A DNA stretch of 64,000 bases. It comes from Hyaloraphidium curvatum SAG 235-1. Lineage: Eukaryota; Fungi; Monoblepharomycota. The notes beneath the pieces are model-generated. The model did no database searches, was not told where the DNA came from, and saw nothing but the letters and a program-made list of their open reading frames with translations. Positions 26,401 through 38,164 of this stretch are shown here, one piece after another. Position 1 is the first letter of the stretch; every line of letters starts with the position of its first letter. Where the stretch lies: contig JAIVFI010000011.1 of NCBI GenBank assembly GCA_025558095.1, positions 434,001-498,000 of the forward strand. Direction: 5' to 3'. The translations under genes and the position numbers were made by a program.

Positions 26401-29400
26401 CCTGCGCGACGTCACTGCCGAGCCTTGGGACGTCGATGGGGTCTCGGGCAAGATCTCCGCCGCGGAAGCCGCCGTCGCTTCCCACGCTCCCAAGGGCGTG
26501 GACGAGCGAGCCGCCTACGACACGCAGCTCGCTCCTGTGACCGCGCTGCTCAAGGAGTACCACAACGGCCTCCTCGCGCACGAGCGCTCCGTCATGACCG
26601 AGCTCCTGGAGCGGTACTACGCCGTGGAGAAGCTCTTTGACCGTGAGCACGCCGAGAGCGACGTCTTGGACAAGATCCGGCAGGAGAACAAGGGCGATTT
26701 CGACATTGCTATCTCGCTGGCCCGGGCGCACGGCAAGATGTCGACCCGCAACGAGCTGATGCTCAACCTGCTTGCCCACGTCCGCTCCGACTACGACGGC
26801 GAGCAGTGGAAGGGAGCCTACTCTCCCATCCTCAAGAAGCTTGCCGCGCTCGACTCCAACGTTTCCGTCAAGGTCGCCGTGCGCGCCCGGGAGCTCCTCA
26901 TCTACACCACCCTGCCGACGTACTCCGAGCGGTACTCCGAGATCGAGAAGTCGCTGCGGGATGCGCTTCAGGGCGCCCCGGCCAAGAAGATTGTTGCCAA
27001 CGGCAAGGCCTCCACCACCGTTCCGGTCGAGGACATTGTGGCGCACGACCGCCTCGTCGACCTCATCAGCGCCAACCACTCGATCATCGACGTCCTGACG
27101 CAGTTCTTCTACCACCCGGAGGTCCCGATCCGGATGGCCGCGCTGCACACCTACGTCGCGCACACTTATGTCAACGCGTACGAGATCGCCGGCGCCGAGT
27201 TCGAGAACCTGCTCAACAAGGTCCCGGTCTTCAAGTGGGACTTCAAGCTCAAGGAAATCTCCCGCGACCAAGACGCTCTCGAGCCGATCGCCCGCGACAG
27301 GACCCCCAGCGCGGCCGACGGACCCGCCTCCGCGCGGAAGGGCGTCATGGGCGCATTTCAGTCGCTCGACGAACTCGAGGAGGCCTTCCCCATCCTCATT
27401 AGCGAGCTGGCCTCTGTCTCGGGCACGGCGGCCAAGCGCACGGACTCGGTCTCGGACCTCGTCTCCATGAGCAGGCAGGCTGCCCTGTCGCCCGCAGTTG
27501 CCGCCGCGTCTGGTAGCGTCAACGTCGTCAACCTCGCCATCGATTCCAGCAAGATCAAGCACATCGACGACGAGGCTCTGGCGGCGCGGGGCAGCAAGAT
27601 GCTTCACAAGCATAAGCAGCTGCTCCTCGACCATGGCGTCCGCCGCGTCACCTTCACGGTCACGCAGCAGGGCCAGTTCCCCAAGTACTTCACATTCAAG
27701 CAGTTCCTCGACTACCGCGAGGACGGCATTATCAGGCACATCGAGCCGGCCCTGGCGTACCAGCTCGAGCTCCGCCGCATGGCCAACTTCAACATCCGCG
27801 CGTGCTTCGGCGACAACCGCCGCGTGCACGTCTACCTCGGCACCGGCAAGGAGAACCCGACCGACAACAGGTTCTTCGTGCGTGCCCTCGTGCAGCCGGG
27901 TGCGCTGGCGGAGAACGTGCGCACGCACGACTTCCTGGCTTCCGAGGGCGAGCGCATCCTGAGCGACATCATGGACGCCCTCGACGTGCTCAACTCGGAG
28001 CAGTCGAGCCAGACCCAGACGGACTGCAACCACCTCTTCATCAACTTCATCCCGACGTTCCAGCTCGATGAAGACGAGGTCGAGAAGGAGCTGCGCGGCA
28101 TCATCATCCGCAATGGCATCAGGCTCTTCCGCCTGCGGGTCACGGATGCCGAGGTCCGCTTCGTCATCCAAAAAGGGTCCAACCCGCCCCAGGCAATCCG
28201 GTTCATGATCTCGAACGTCACCGGCTACATCATAAAGATCGAGCGTTACGCCGAGGTCAAGAACGCCGAGGGCTTCTACGTCCTGAACTCGAGCACCAAC
28301 CCGCCCGGCCACCTCCACCGCACTCCCGTGCTCGCGCTGCACGGCACCAAGGAGTATCTCGCTCCGAGGCGGTACAAGGCCCACTTGCTGGGCACGACCT
28401 TTGTCTACGACTTCCCCAACCTCTTCCGCCAGGCGGTCCAGGGCATGTGGGCGCGCTTCGTCAAGAAGAACCCGTCGGCTGCGGTTCCGACCAACGCCAT
28501 GACGTACACGGAGCTCGCCTTGGACGAGACCAAGCAGCTGCGCGAGGTGTTCCGCGAGCCCGGCAGCAACAACATCGGCATGGTCGCGTGGCTCTTCGAG
28601 ATGTTCACCCCGGAGTGTCCCGAGGGGAGGAAGCTCGTCGTGATCGCCAACGATATCACCGTCAACACCGGCTCGTTCGGTACCGAGGAGGACCTGCTCT
28701 TCAAGAAGGCCTCGGAGCTCGCACGCAAGCACGGCTACCCGCGCGCCTTCCTGTCGGCCAACTCGGGCGCCAGGATCGGGCTCGCCGACGAAGTCAAGGC
28801 CAGGTTCAAGATCGCGTGGAACGATCCCAAGGACCCCGCCAAGGGCTTCAAGTACATCTACCTCACGCAGGCGGACATGAACGCCCTCCGCGACCCGACC
28901 TCGGGCAACGTTCCCGCCATCACCGAGATGATCCAGGACGAGGGTGAGGTCCGCTACAAGATCACCGACATCATCGGCAAGCAGGACGGCCTCGGCGTCG
29001 AGAACCTGCGCGGTTCGGGCATGATCGCCGGCGAGACTTCGCTCGCCTACAAGGATATCTTCACCATCACCCTTGTGACTGGCCGTTCCGTCGGTGGGTT
29101 TCCGCGCCTGATGTATCGCATGAGCTCCGTGACACTGTCTCGCGCAGGTATCGGAGCCTACCTCGTCCGTCTGGGGCAGCGAGCCATCCAGGTCGAAGGC
29201 CAGCCCATTATCCTCACCGGCTCGTCCGCCCTCAACAAGGTGCTCGGCCGCGAGGTCTACAGCTCCAACCTCCAGCTCGGCGGGACCCAGATCATGTACA
29301 AGAACGGCATTTCGCACATGACCGCCAAGAACGACATGGAGGGCGTCACCCACATCGTCAAGTGGCTCTCGTACGTCCCCAAGGCGCGCGGCTTCGACCT

Positions 29401-30847
29401 GCCCAGCCTCAGCATGGTGCCGGATCCGGTCGAGAGGCCCGTGGAGTTCAAGATCCCGAACACGCCGTACGACCCGCGCAACTTCCTGGCGGGTGTGCAG
29501 GAGGGCAACAAGTGGATTTCGGGCATCTTTGACCGCGACTCGTGGGTCGAGGCCATGGGCGGATGGGCACCTGGCGTCGTCACTGGCAGAGCTCGTCTTG
29601 GCGGTGCGTATTCGTCTGCGAAGTCTGGCGCTTGGGCTTATTCGATTCCGCCGGCAGGTATCCCGATCGGCATCGTTTCGGTCGAAATGCGCACGATCCG
29701 GGAGACTTGGCCCGCCGACCCCGGCAATCCCGAGTCGAGCGAGCAGATCCTCACCAGCGCGCCTCAGGTGTGGATGCCGGAATCGGCTTTCAAGACGGCG
29801 CAGGCGATCCGCGATTTTAACCACGGCGAGAGTCTCCCGCTCGTCATCTTTGCCAACTGGCGTGGTTTCTCGGGCGGACAGAACGATCTCTTGAAGGGCA
29901 TCCTTAAGTTCGGTTCGTACATAGTCGACGCACTTGTGGACTACCGCCAGCCCGTGTTTGTTTACGTCATGGGCGAGCTCCGCGGCGGTGCATGGGTCGT
30001 GCTCGACCCCACGATCAACCCCGACTACATGGAGATGTACGCGGAGACCAACGCCCGCGGCGGCGTGCTCGAACCCGAGGGCACGGTGGAAATCAAGTAC
30101 CGGAAGAACCAGATCCAGGCGACCATGGAGCGGCTCGACGAGGAGTACAAGGCGCTCAAGGTGGCCGAGAAGGATCTGACCGCGCCCAAATCCGGGGCAG
30201 GCAGCCAGGCCAACGGCGTCGGGGTCAGCTCCAAGGTCACGGACGCGCTCAAGTCGAAGGAGCTGCTGGCAAAGATCTCTGCGCGCGAAAAGAAGCTGAT
30301 CCCGATCTACCACCAAGTCGCCCTGCACTTTGCCGACCTGCATGACACCCCGCGCCGCATGCTGGCCAAGGGCGTCATCCGCGGCATCGTCGACTGGAGC
30401 GACTCGCGTCGGCTCTTCTTCTGGAGGCTCAAGAGGCGGCTTCTCGAGGAGCGCCTCGTGAAGGACATTGCAAAGGCGCGGCCCGATCTGGACCGGCCGG
30501 CGGCGTTCGACGTGCTCGGCAAATGGTACCGGGAAGATGCGGGCCGGGTGCACACCGTCGACGGCTCGGTGGGCTACGCGGAGGTGGCCGACACGGACGC
30601 CGTGTCCTGGCTGGAGGCGTTCAAGGCGAAGCTGGAGGACAAGATGCTGGTGCTGAAGAAGGAGGCGATCAAGGCGGAGATGAAGGAGCTCATGAAGAAG
30701 GACAGGGCGGCATTGCTGGAGGGGATCAGCAACCTGATGCGCCAGCTGTCGGCGGAGGAGCGCGAGCAACTGCTCCAGGTACGTCTCGGAGGGCGGCTTC
30801 TTGTGCATCCCAGCTCACCCTTTTTGTTTCAGGTGTCTCTGTACTAG
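23464..30847 (+). CDS. ACC1: Acetyl-CoA carboxylase (BC-BCCP-central-CT), multi-exon
   Basis: ITKVLI|[47 protein letters not shown], biotinylation motif [39 protein letters not shown]. Confidence 0.98.
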
Positions 30848-30960
30848 TTGGACGGCGGACGGTCTTGGGTGTGCTTGCTCGCCAGCGTGGCTCGGCTCGA
30901 ACTTGGAACTTGGTTGCTGATGATGTACTGTTCATCACGATAGACTGCGCGTTCGATGCG

Positions 30961-31978
30961 CTACAGTTTGGAGAACACGGGCGTCTTCTTGGCAGCCATG
31001 GCCGCATTCACCCTCTGCCCGTCTTCCCCGCCTGCGATTCCGGCGACATAGTTGGCCGTGTATTGGATCCCAGCGGCAACCGACTTGTTCAGGGCAATGA
31101 GACGATCGGCATGTGAAACTGGCGGCGCCCCAACTCACAGAATCACGAGAGAAGTGCAGGATGTCCTTCGTAGCTGTCACTGCTATGGGCGACTGAGCAG
31201 CGATTTCCTTGGCCATGTCGAGTGCAGCAGCTGATGGAACAAGGTGCCGCGTAAACTTCGCGAAGAATGCAGACCATGCCAGGAACGCACCCATGGCCTG
31301 GTCCTTGGTGTCGAAAACCCTGTTTACGAAACCCCACTGCAGAGCTTCGCTGCTCGAAAAGTGACGAGCCGAGAAGGCGAGCTCGCGGACGAAGCTGTCC
31401 GACCCGCAGATCCTTGGGAGGCGCTGGAGCGCACCGACGTCGGCAGCGATGCCGATCGCAGTTTCCTTGAGGCAGTAGCTAGCGTCCTTGGTGCAGTAAC
31501 GAATATCTGTGGCGCAAAGAAGCTCGATCCCTGGAGGGAACCCTGTTAGTCGGCACGGAGATGCGCCCAGGGTTTCCTTACCTGCTCCAAAGGTCGCTCC
31601 GTGGCTCACGGCGATCGTAGGCTTCTCGCATTGTTCGATCGCATTGAACGCCCCGTTCGCCTCATTGATGACCCGGCGTCTGTGCCGGAAGTGCTTCCTC
31701 CCCTGCTCCGTCGGAACGCTCCGGGTCGATCGCTCCTTCAAATTTATCCCCGCGCAGAACAGAGGGCCGTCTCCGCTGATGAGCACGACCCGGACGTCGC
31801 CATCTTCTGCGACAGCCTCAAAAACACGGCGAGTTTCGGACCAGAAAAGATCGTCAATCGCGTTCCGAATCTTCGGCCGGCTTAGGGCGACCTCCAGTAC
31901 CCAGGGCGCAACGAATCCGACCCGCAGAGTTTGAAGGGGCGCCGGAGTGTGATAACGCGAAAGGTCGGTCGACGACAT
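30961..31978 (-). CDS. ECH1: Delta(3,5)-Delta(2,4)-dienoyl-CoA isomerase (crotonase family), peroxisomal
   Basis: LFCAGINL, AIEQCEKPTIAVSHG, CATDIRYC, IGIAADVGALQRLPRI; spliced C-terminus KKTPVFSKL* (PTS1). Confidence 0.88.
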
Positions 31979-32184
31979 GGCAGGTTCCGGGAGCAGCTTC
32001 GGCGCCAAAAGTCCGTCGGTACGCGCAAATTGTACAAAGATAGGTGTAAGGAGAGAACGAAGGGACGGGAGGTGACGATGCGGGCCGTGGACGGTGTGGC
32101 CTCGTGGTGGGAGACGACCAAGAGACGACTGTGATCGACTCGCCGGCGCACTTGCGTTGCCACCTTCCCGTGCCAGAACGGGCC

Positions 32185-33253
32185 ATGTCGGACGACAACG
32201 GCGGCCCCAGTGGCGGGGGCTTCATCGCTTCGGGCTCCCCGCCGGCCACGGCGCCGGACGGCTCCTCCCGCGCCGAGGCGAACCGCGAACGCGCTCTCCG
32301 CTTGCTGGAGGAACGGCGGCGGGCCGCTGGCCCGGGACCGGCCGCGGGACCTCCCGATGGATCTGCACCTTCCGCATCGTCGGCCTCGGGAGCCCCGGCG
32401 GGGCAGGCCGCGGCCGAGGGAGGCGCACAGGGACCGGAGCCCCAGGGGAGGCCAAACTTCCGGCGGAGCAAGCGGGGCTATCTGGACGGGTACTACGAGT
32501 ACAATTTGAGCGAGATCAGGGATACCAAGGGCGGGTTCATGGCGGTGGAGGCCGACGCGCAGGCGGAAGGGCCCCAGGGGAAGGAGAAGGCCCGGCCAGT
32601 GGAGAAGCGCCTCCGGACAGATCCCCGTGCGTTCCCCGTTCCTTTCTTCCGACTTCCAATCTGAAGCCCTCGATCCAGCCGTCTTGCTGCCGCTCGAGGA
32701 CAACCCGCACTGCCGGCACTGCCGCTCCATCAACATCGACCCCGTGCTGCACGAGCACTTCAAGGTCGACGTCTGCCGCGCGTGCCGCGACGAGCGCCCG
32801 GAAAAGTACAGCCTGCTGACCAAGACCGAGTGCAAGGAGGACTATTTGCTGACGGAGAGCGAGCTTCGGGACGAGGAGGTGCTGCCGCACTGGCTGCGGC
32901 CGAATCCTCAGTGGGTTCGCCTTGCCGCGAGGTAAGGCAACCGCTGACGACCCGCCAGCAAATCGACGTGGAGCAACATGATGCTGTACCTGCGGGAGCA
33001 GGTCGAGGAGTTTGCGTGGAAGAAGTGGGGCGGCGAGGAGAAGCTGGACGAGGAGTTTGAGCGGCGCGACTCGGAAAAGAAGGCCAAGAAGGAGAAGGCG
33101 CACAAGGACAAGATGGCGGAGCTGCGCCGCAAGACCCGGACGTCGACGTGGGTCAAGAAGGAAGCGAAGCACGAGCACTCGTTCGAGGTGGAGGAGGAGG
33201 GGATCGAGGTGTGCAAGTTGTGCGGGCTGACGGTCGAGGTGGACCAGTTCTGA
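32185..33253 (+). CDS. RAD14: Nucleotide excision repair protein XPA/Rad14
   Basis: YNLSEIRDTKGGFM, CRHC...CRAC zinc finger, EKYSLLTKTECKEDYLLT, MMLYLREQVEEFAWKKWG, HEHSF...CKLCG. Confidence 0.95.
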
Positions 33254-33376
33254 GGCGTCCGATCGGAGCGGACGGCTGCTCTGTGCATGGCACGTTCTTT
33301 GTCAATCTCAATGAAGTAGACAATACTACAGCCAGGACCATCCCTCAAATCAGTCAGTCCGAAAAAGAAGGCCAAC

Positions 33377-35446
33377 TCAAATCCTCAGGTCGCCCTCGGC
33401 GTTCCGCCCCCAACACGCCCCGACGGCGTTGACCGCGTTCTTCGTCCCGTGCACCACGCCGGCGCCGACGCGCCAGCATCCCGTGGCGACGAGCGCGACG
33501 CCCTTGACGCACCCGCTGCGCACGCGCGACGCGATGGCCGCCAGCTCGCCGAGCGGGGCCGCGCTCGGGGGTTCGATGTTGACGTCGAAGCCGTACAGCT
33601 CGGCGATCTCGCAGAGGAAGGGCTGGTCGTAGCGCGGGTGCAGGCCCATCTGGGCGTAGTCCTGCGGGCGCACCGTCGGCTCGGGGCGCTTCGAGACGTC
33701 GAGGAAGTGCTGGAAGATGCGCGAGTTGAGGGTCGCGAAGTACCTGCGGGTTCGCCCTCGCAATGAGCACGGAATGGCGCTCTCCCGACGCCCGAACCCA
33801 CTTTGCTATCCGCGTGTCCGTCGTCCTCTCCATCTCCTGCGCCAGCTGCCTGTCCGCCGCCACCATCCTCTCCCTCTCCGCCTCCTCTTCCGCCGTCCCC
33901 TCCTCGGCCCTCGCGCTCGTCCCGCTGTCCTTCCTCCCCTCGGAGAACCCGGAGTCCGTCTGGCTCGCCACGTCGGCGTTGGACGCCGGGCTGGGGTCCG
34001 GCAAAAGGAACGCGCCCGAATCCGACGCCGACGGCGCGCCCGCGGCGGCCCCGACCCGCGGGCGCTCCGCCTCGCGCGCGGCCTCGGAGATGATCTTGCG
34101 GAGCTCCCGGTACCGCGATTTGTCCAGCTCCGTGACGAAGAACTTGGGCGCGGGCGCGACGTTTGAGCCCAGGCCGCCCACGGGGGGGCCGCCAGAGACC
34201 GGGATGCCGTGGTCGAGGAAGAGGTCGTAGTACTGGGGTTTGCTGAGGATGATGGAGTCGGTCGTGCCTGCGGTGGAGGGTCAGGGGCCGACGAGAATTG
34301 AGGAGACGATTGCTCACAGCCGATGTAGTGGGGTTTGTGGGAGACTTCGATGATGTCGTTCAGGTTCACGTAAAAAACAGGGTCAGTCGGGACCTCCGGA
34401 CCGGATTCGAGGTGGTGGGCGCCCAGGGTCAGCGCCGAGAGGACTGATGGGATGGGAGATTAGTTGAGCCCGACGACACGCAAGCCAAACCAACCGTGAT
34501 GGGTCAGGGAGAGGACGGGAGGGGGTGCGAAAAAGAGGATGCGCTTCTGGGCGAGCACGTTCTTCCATATCTGAGGGCGTGATGGGGCGGTGGGGTCAGT
34601 CCGGGTCCGGTGGGGCGGCAAGGCTTTTCCCACCAGGAAGATGTACGGCCCAAAGTAGTCGACGAAGGTGGCGAGCTGGCCCGGCGGCATCTCCTGCAGG
34701 ATCTGCGCTGCCGTGGGCCGCTGTACGCGCTGCAGCGCACCCGACGACGACGACGCCGAGGCCGGCGAGTCCCCCGCGCTTTCCGGGGTGCCGATGGCCT
34801 CGCCCCCGTCCGCCGACGCGCGCACGTGCTGCGGCATGTCCCACGGCGACCGCGTCGCCTCGTAGTACGGCACGAGTTCGGAGTAGTCGCCCGGGTTGCG
34901 CAGCGCGTGGCGCACGCGCGAGCGGAGGAAGGGGATGTGTGCGGCGAGGCCGAGGTAGTCGGGGGACAGCACGCCGACGGCGCGCAGGCGCGCGCCGCGC
35001 TCCATGTCGACAGCGCCAGCGGCGCGGCCGAAAGCGGCGACGCCGTAGAACAGGCCGTTCTTGAAGCAGATCACGTCCTCGTGGATGTTGTGCGAGCCCG
35101 ACGGCAGGCACGAGAACTCCGCGCCGGCGACGTCCGCGCCCTCGGGGTGCACCCACTCGAGCGTGTTGCCGTGCTTCGTGTCGAAGCGCACGACGAACAC
35201 GCACAGCGTGGGCGCTGCGCCGAGCGGGGGCAGCGCGGCGGCGAGGTCCGACGACGACGACACGACGAGCCCCGGGCCGACCGGCACCAGGCCGCCCGCG
35301 CCGGGCGCCAGCTGCACCGGCGAGTCGGCGGCATCCGCGGGGCGCCCCTTGCCCTTGTCGCGCGGCAGCGGGATCTCGACCAGGCTGTCCTCGGGCAGCG
35401 GGGCGACCCGCCCCCCACTCCCGCCCGCGCCCACGCTCGCCGCCAT
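33377..35446 (-). CDS. DENN-domain protein DENND11/LCHN (DUF2347, Anr2-like)
   Basis: FVVRFDTKHGNTLEW, EFSCLPSGSH, ERGARLRAVGVL, FGPYIFL|IWKNVLAQKRILFF, MGLHPRYD. Confidence 0.85.
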
Positions 35447-35826
35447 CGCCGCGTCCGCCCGCGTGCGGGTCGTGCTCAGCGGGTGCGGCAAGGTCCGGCG
35501 TGCCGCGGCGCCCGGCAGAGGCCGCTCATCAGCAGGGGTTCTATCTGTCGGTGTCAACGGGGGAGCGAAGCCCCGCGGAGGCGAGAACACGCGCCTCGCC
35601 GCACACCCGCACACCACAGCAGATCCTATTTGGCGGCCGGCGTGCCGATCGTTTGGTCAAGGTAGTCTGTCGGACATCACTCCGCGCGCGATGGCCGCGG
35701 CGGACCGCACAGGCCTCGCCGACGCGTCGCACCGCGCCCCCCCCCCTGCTCCACCGCGGAAGACGGCATCTGACCCGGCATGCACCCCGTTTCCTCCCCG
35801 ACGCGCGCGCCATGATTGCAGGCGCC

Positions 35827-36446
35827 ATGGCCTCGAAGGTGCCGCGGAACTTTAGGCTGCTGGAGGAGCTGGAGAAGGGCGAGAAGGTGGGAAGCACGCT
35901 GCACGGTCGCACGACCTCGGAAATTCCAACCTTCGCCTTTTGTCCCCGTCTGCGGCTCCTTGGGCCCCTACGTAACTAGGGCTACGGCGATGGGACGTGC
36001 TCGTACGGCCTGCAGGACCCGGAGGACATCACCCTGACCCACTGGAACGGCACCATCATCGGCCCCCTCCACGTGAGCCCCGCCGCCCGTTCCCTCGCCG
36101 GATCCGGCCCGCCGACGCGTCTCCGCGCCCAGACCGTGCACGAGAACCGGATCTACTCCCTGCGCATCAGCTGCGGCGAGCAGTACCCCGACCGGCCGCC
36201 GATAGTCCACTTCTACTCGAAGATCAACATGCCGTCGACCGTGAACCCGCAGAACGGGCGGGTGGAGCACCTCCCCTGCCTGGACCGGTGGGCGCGGAAT
36301 TACAGCCTCGAGACGGTGCTCACGGAGCTTAGACGGTGGGTCGTCCGGGCTTCGCACCACTTGGGGGCTGACGCGCGGACCGCAGCGAGATGGCATCGCC
36401 GGCCAACAAGAAGCTGCCGCAACCGCCCGAGGGCACCCACTTCTGA
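35827..36446 (+). CDS. MMS2: Ubiquitin-conjugating enzyme variant Mms2/Uev1
   Basis: [20 protein letters not shown]|[11 protein letters not shown]...WNGTIIGP..|[10 protein letters not shown]...[12 protein letters not shown]. Confidence 0.96.
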
Positions 36447-36580
36447 ACACCCTGACTCCTTTCTCTATCCTCGGCACGCGGCAGAAATGTAGAACTCAAT
36501 CGGAAAAGACCAGAAACGGCCATTCATTGACTCAGAGTCCAGGGTATACCAGATCTGCTACATGCGGGGTTGGTATCTGT

Positions 36581-37968
36581 CTAGGGATGAGGATGGGGAT
36601 GGGAATGCGCGTGGGCCTCCTGCGGCGCCTCCTCGAGCGGACGGTTGAAGAGCAGGTCCTTCGGCACCGTCAGCCCCCAACCCCGGTAAAACCGCAACCG
36701 AACCCACTTTGAGCACCTGCGAAATCAACCCGTGCACCGCCTCGGAGGTGATCTTGGAGCTGTCCCGCGCGACCTTTGCCAGCGGCCCCTCGGCGTCCTT
36801 CTTCTTGCCGCCCTCGCCCGGCCCGCCGAACCCGCCCGCGCGACCGCCCTGCGAGATGGTCCCGTCCGCCTGCTCGATCTTGTCCGCGAGATCGAGGATC
36901 TGGCGCGCCGAGTACTCCCGGTTCTGCGCGGTCAAGGGCGGTACGTCGGTGAGCAGCTGTCCGCTGACCGCGCGCCCGACGAGACCGCACGGTGAGCAGC
37001 GGCGACTGCGACAGCGTGTTGACCCAGTACTTGTTCCACAGCAGCTCCAGCAGCCCCGTGTCCAGCCCCGACTTGAAGGTCGAGATCTCGAGCTGGTAGT
37101 ACTGCTTGGCGTGCACGCCAAAGTCCTCGATCTTGCTCAGCGGGATGGTCTGGTACTCGGAGGGACCCTCGTCGGGGGGCTTGTAGCCGGCGGGGTAGGT
37201 GCGGAAGGCGCCGATTTCGACCTTGCCGGCCGAGATGGTTCGGTTCGGGTCGATCTGAGGACGGCGGAGTCACGACGCGTCCCCGGGTCCGCGGCGCGCG
37301 GGAGAAACGCACGACGATGGCGAGCCACGGCTCTTGGTACTGCTGGTTCAGCATCTGCGTGCTCACGTCGATCCCCGAGAGCCAGCACCCGTACCCGGGA
37401 TGGCTGTGGTACCACCCGATAGCGTTCTCGAGCCTCCCGACCTGCCCCCGGAATCAGCGCCCCTCCCGGCACATGCGGCGGGCCGCGCACCTCCCGGATC
37501 TTCTGCAGGTACTCGACCATGTACTCGTACCCCTCCGCCGCCGCGTTCACGCGCGTCTCCGTGCCCTCGACGGGGAGCGCGAACGAGTCCATGACCACCA
37601 TCGTGTCGTCCATGATCTTGCCCTGCATGAGGCCCATGACCTCGATGTTGCCCCCCGAGCGCGCGTGCATGACCTGCGGCGGCGGGCGGGGTCAGCTCCG
37701 GCGCGGCAGGGCGGGGAGGCGTCCGCACCATCTTGATCAGCGCGACCGCCGATATCCGGACCTTCTTGAAATGATGCGGGCTGCCGGCGCGTCACGACGC
37801 GTCCCCCGGGGGGCGGAGGGGGGCCTACTCGGTGGACCACTTCTTGGCCGACAGCTGGCGCTGCTGCTCCGCGTTGTCGAAGCGGTAGATCGCGTCCGTG
37901 GCCGCGTCGATCTCCATGACGTTGTTCTCATGCTGCCAGTTCTTCAGGGCGGTCTTGCTGTCCGCCAT
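36581..37968 (-). CDS. RRI1: COP9 signalosome subunit 5 (JAMM isopeptidase)
   Basis: [61 protein letters not shown]; last exon DLLFNRP...[11 protein letters not shown]. Confidence 0.96.
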
Positions 37969-38164
37969 CGCGGCGCGCTGTCGGGCCGCCGGGGCCACGA
38001 ATCGAGCGCGAGTGGGGGAAAAGGGAACGGACACATGAGGAAGGGCGACAGCGTTCGAATTCCCTCCTTGTCCCTCCATTCTTCCGGAGTCTCCTTTCTT
38101 GATTCAGAATTAGGTTTCCCGTGCCTCTTTTCCGGCGGGCCGGGCTCGTGTCCTCGGCGCGGCC

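Noticed and set aside
25787-30808. 1673-aa antisense ORF opposite ACC1 (and similar long antisense ORFs opposite POL1, RPL5 and XPO4)
   Set aside because: Shadow ORFs expected from strong GC3 codon bias; no recognisable motifs.
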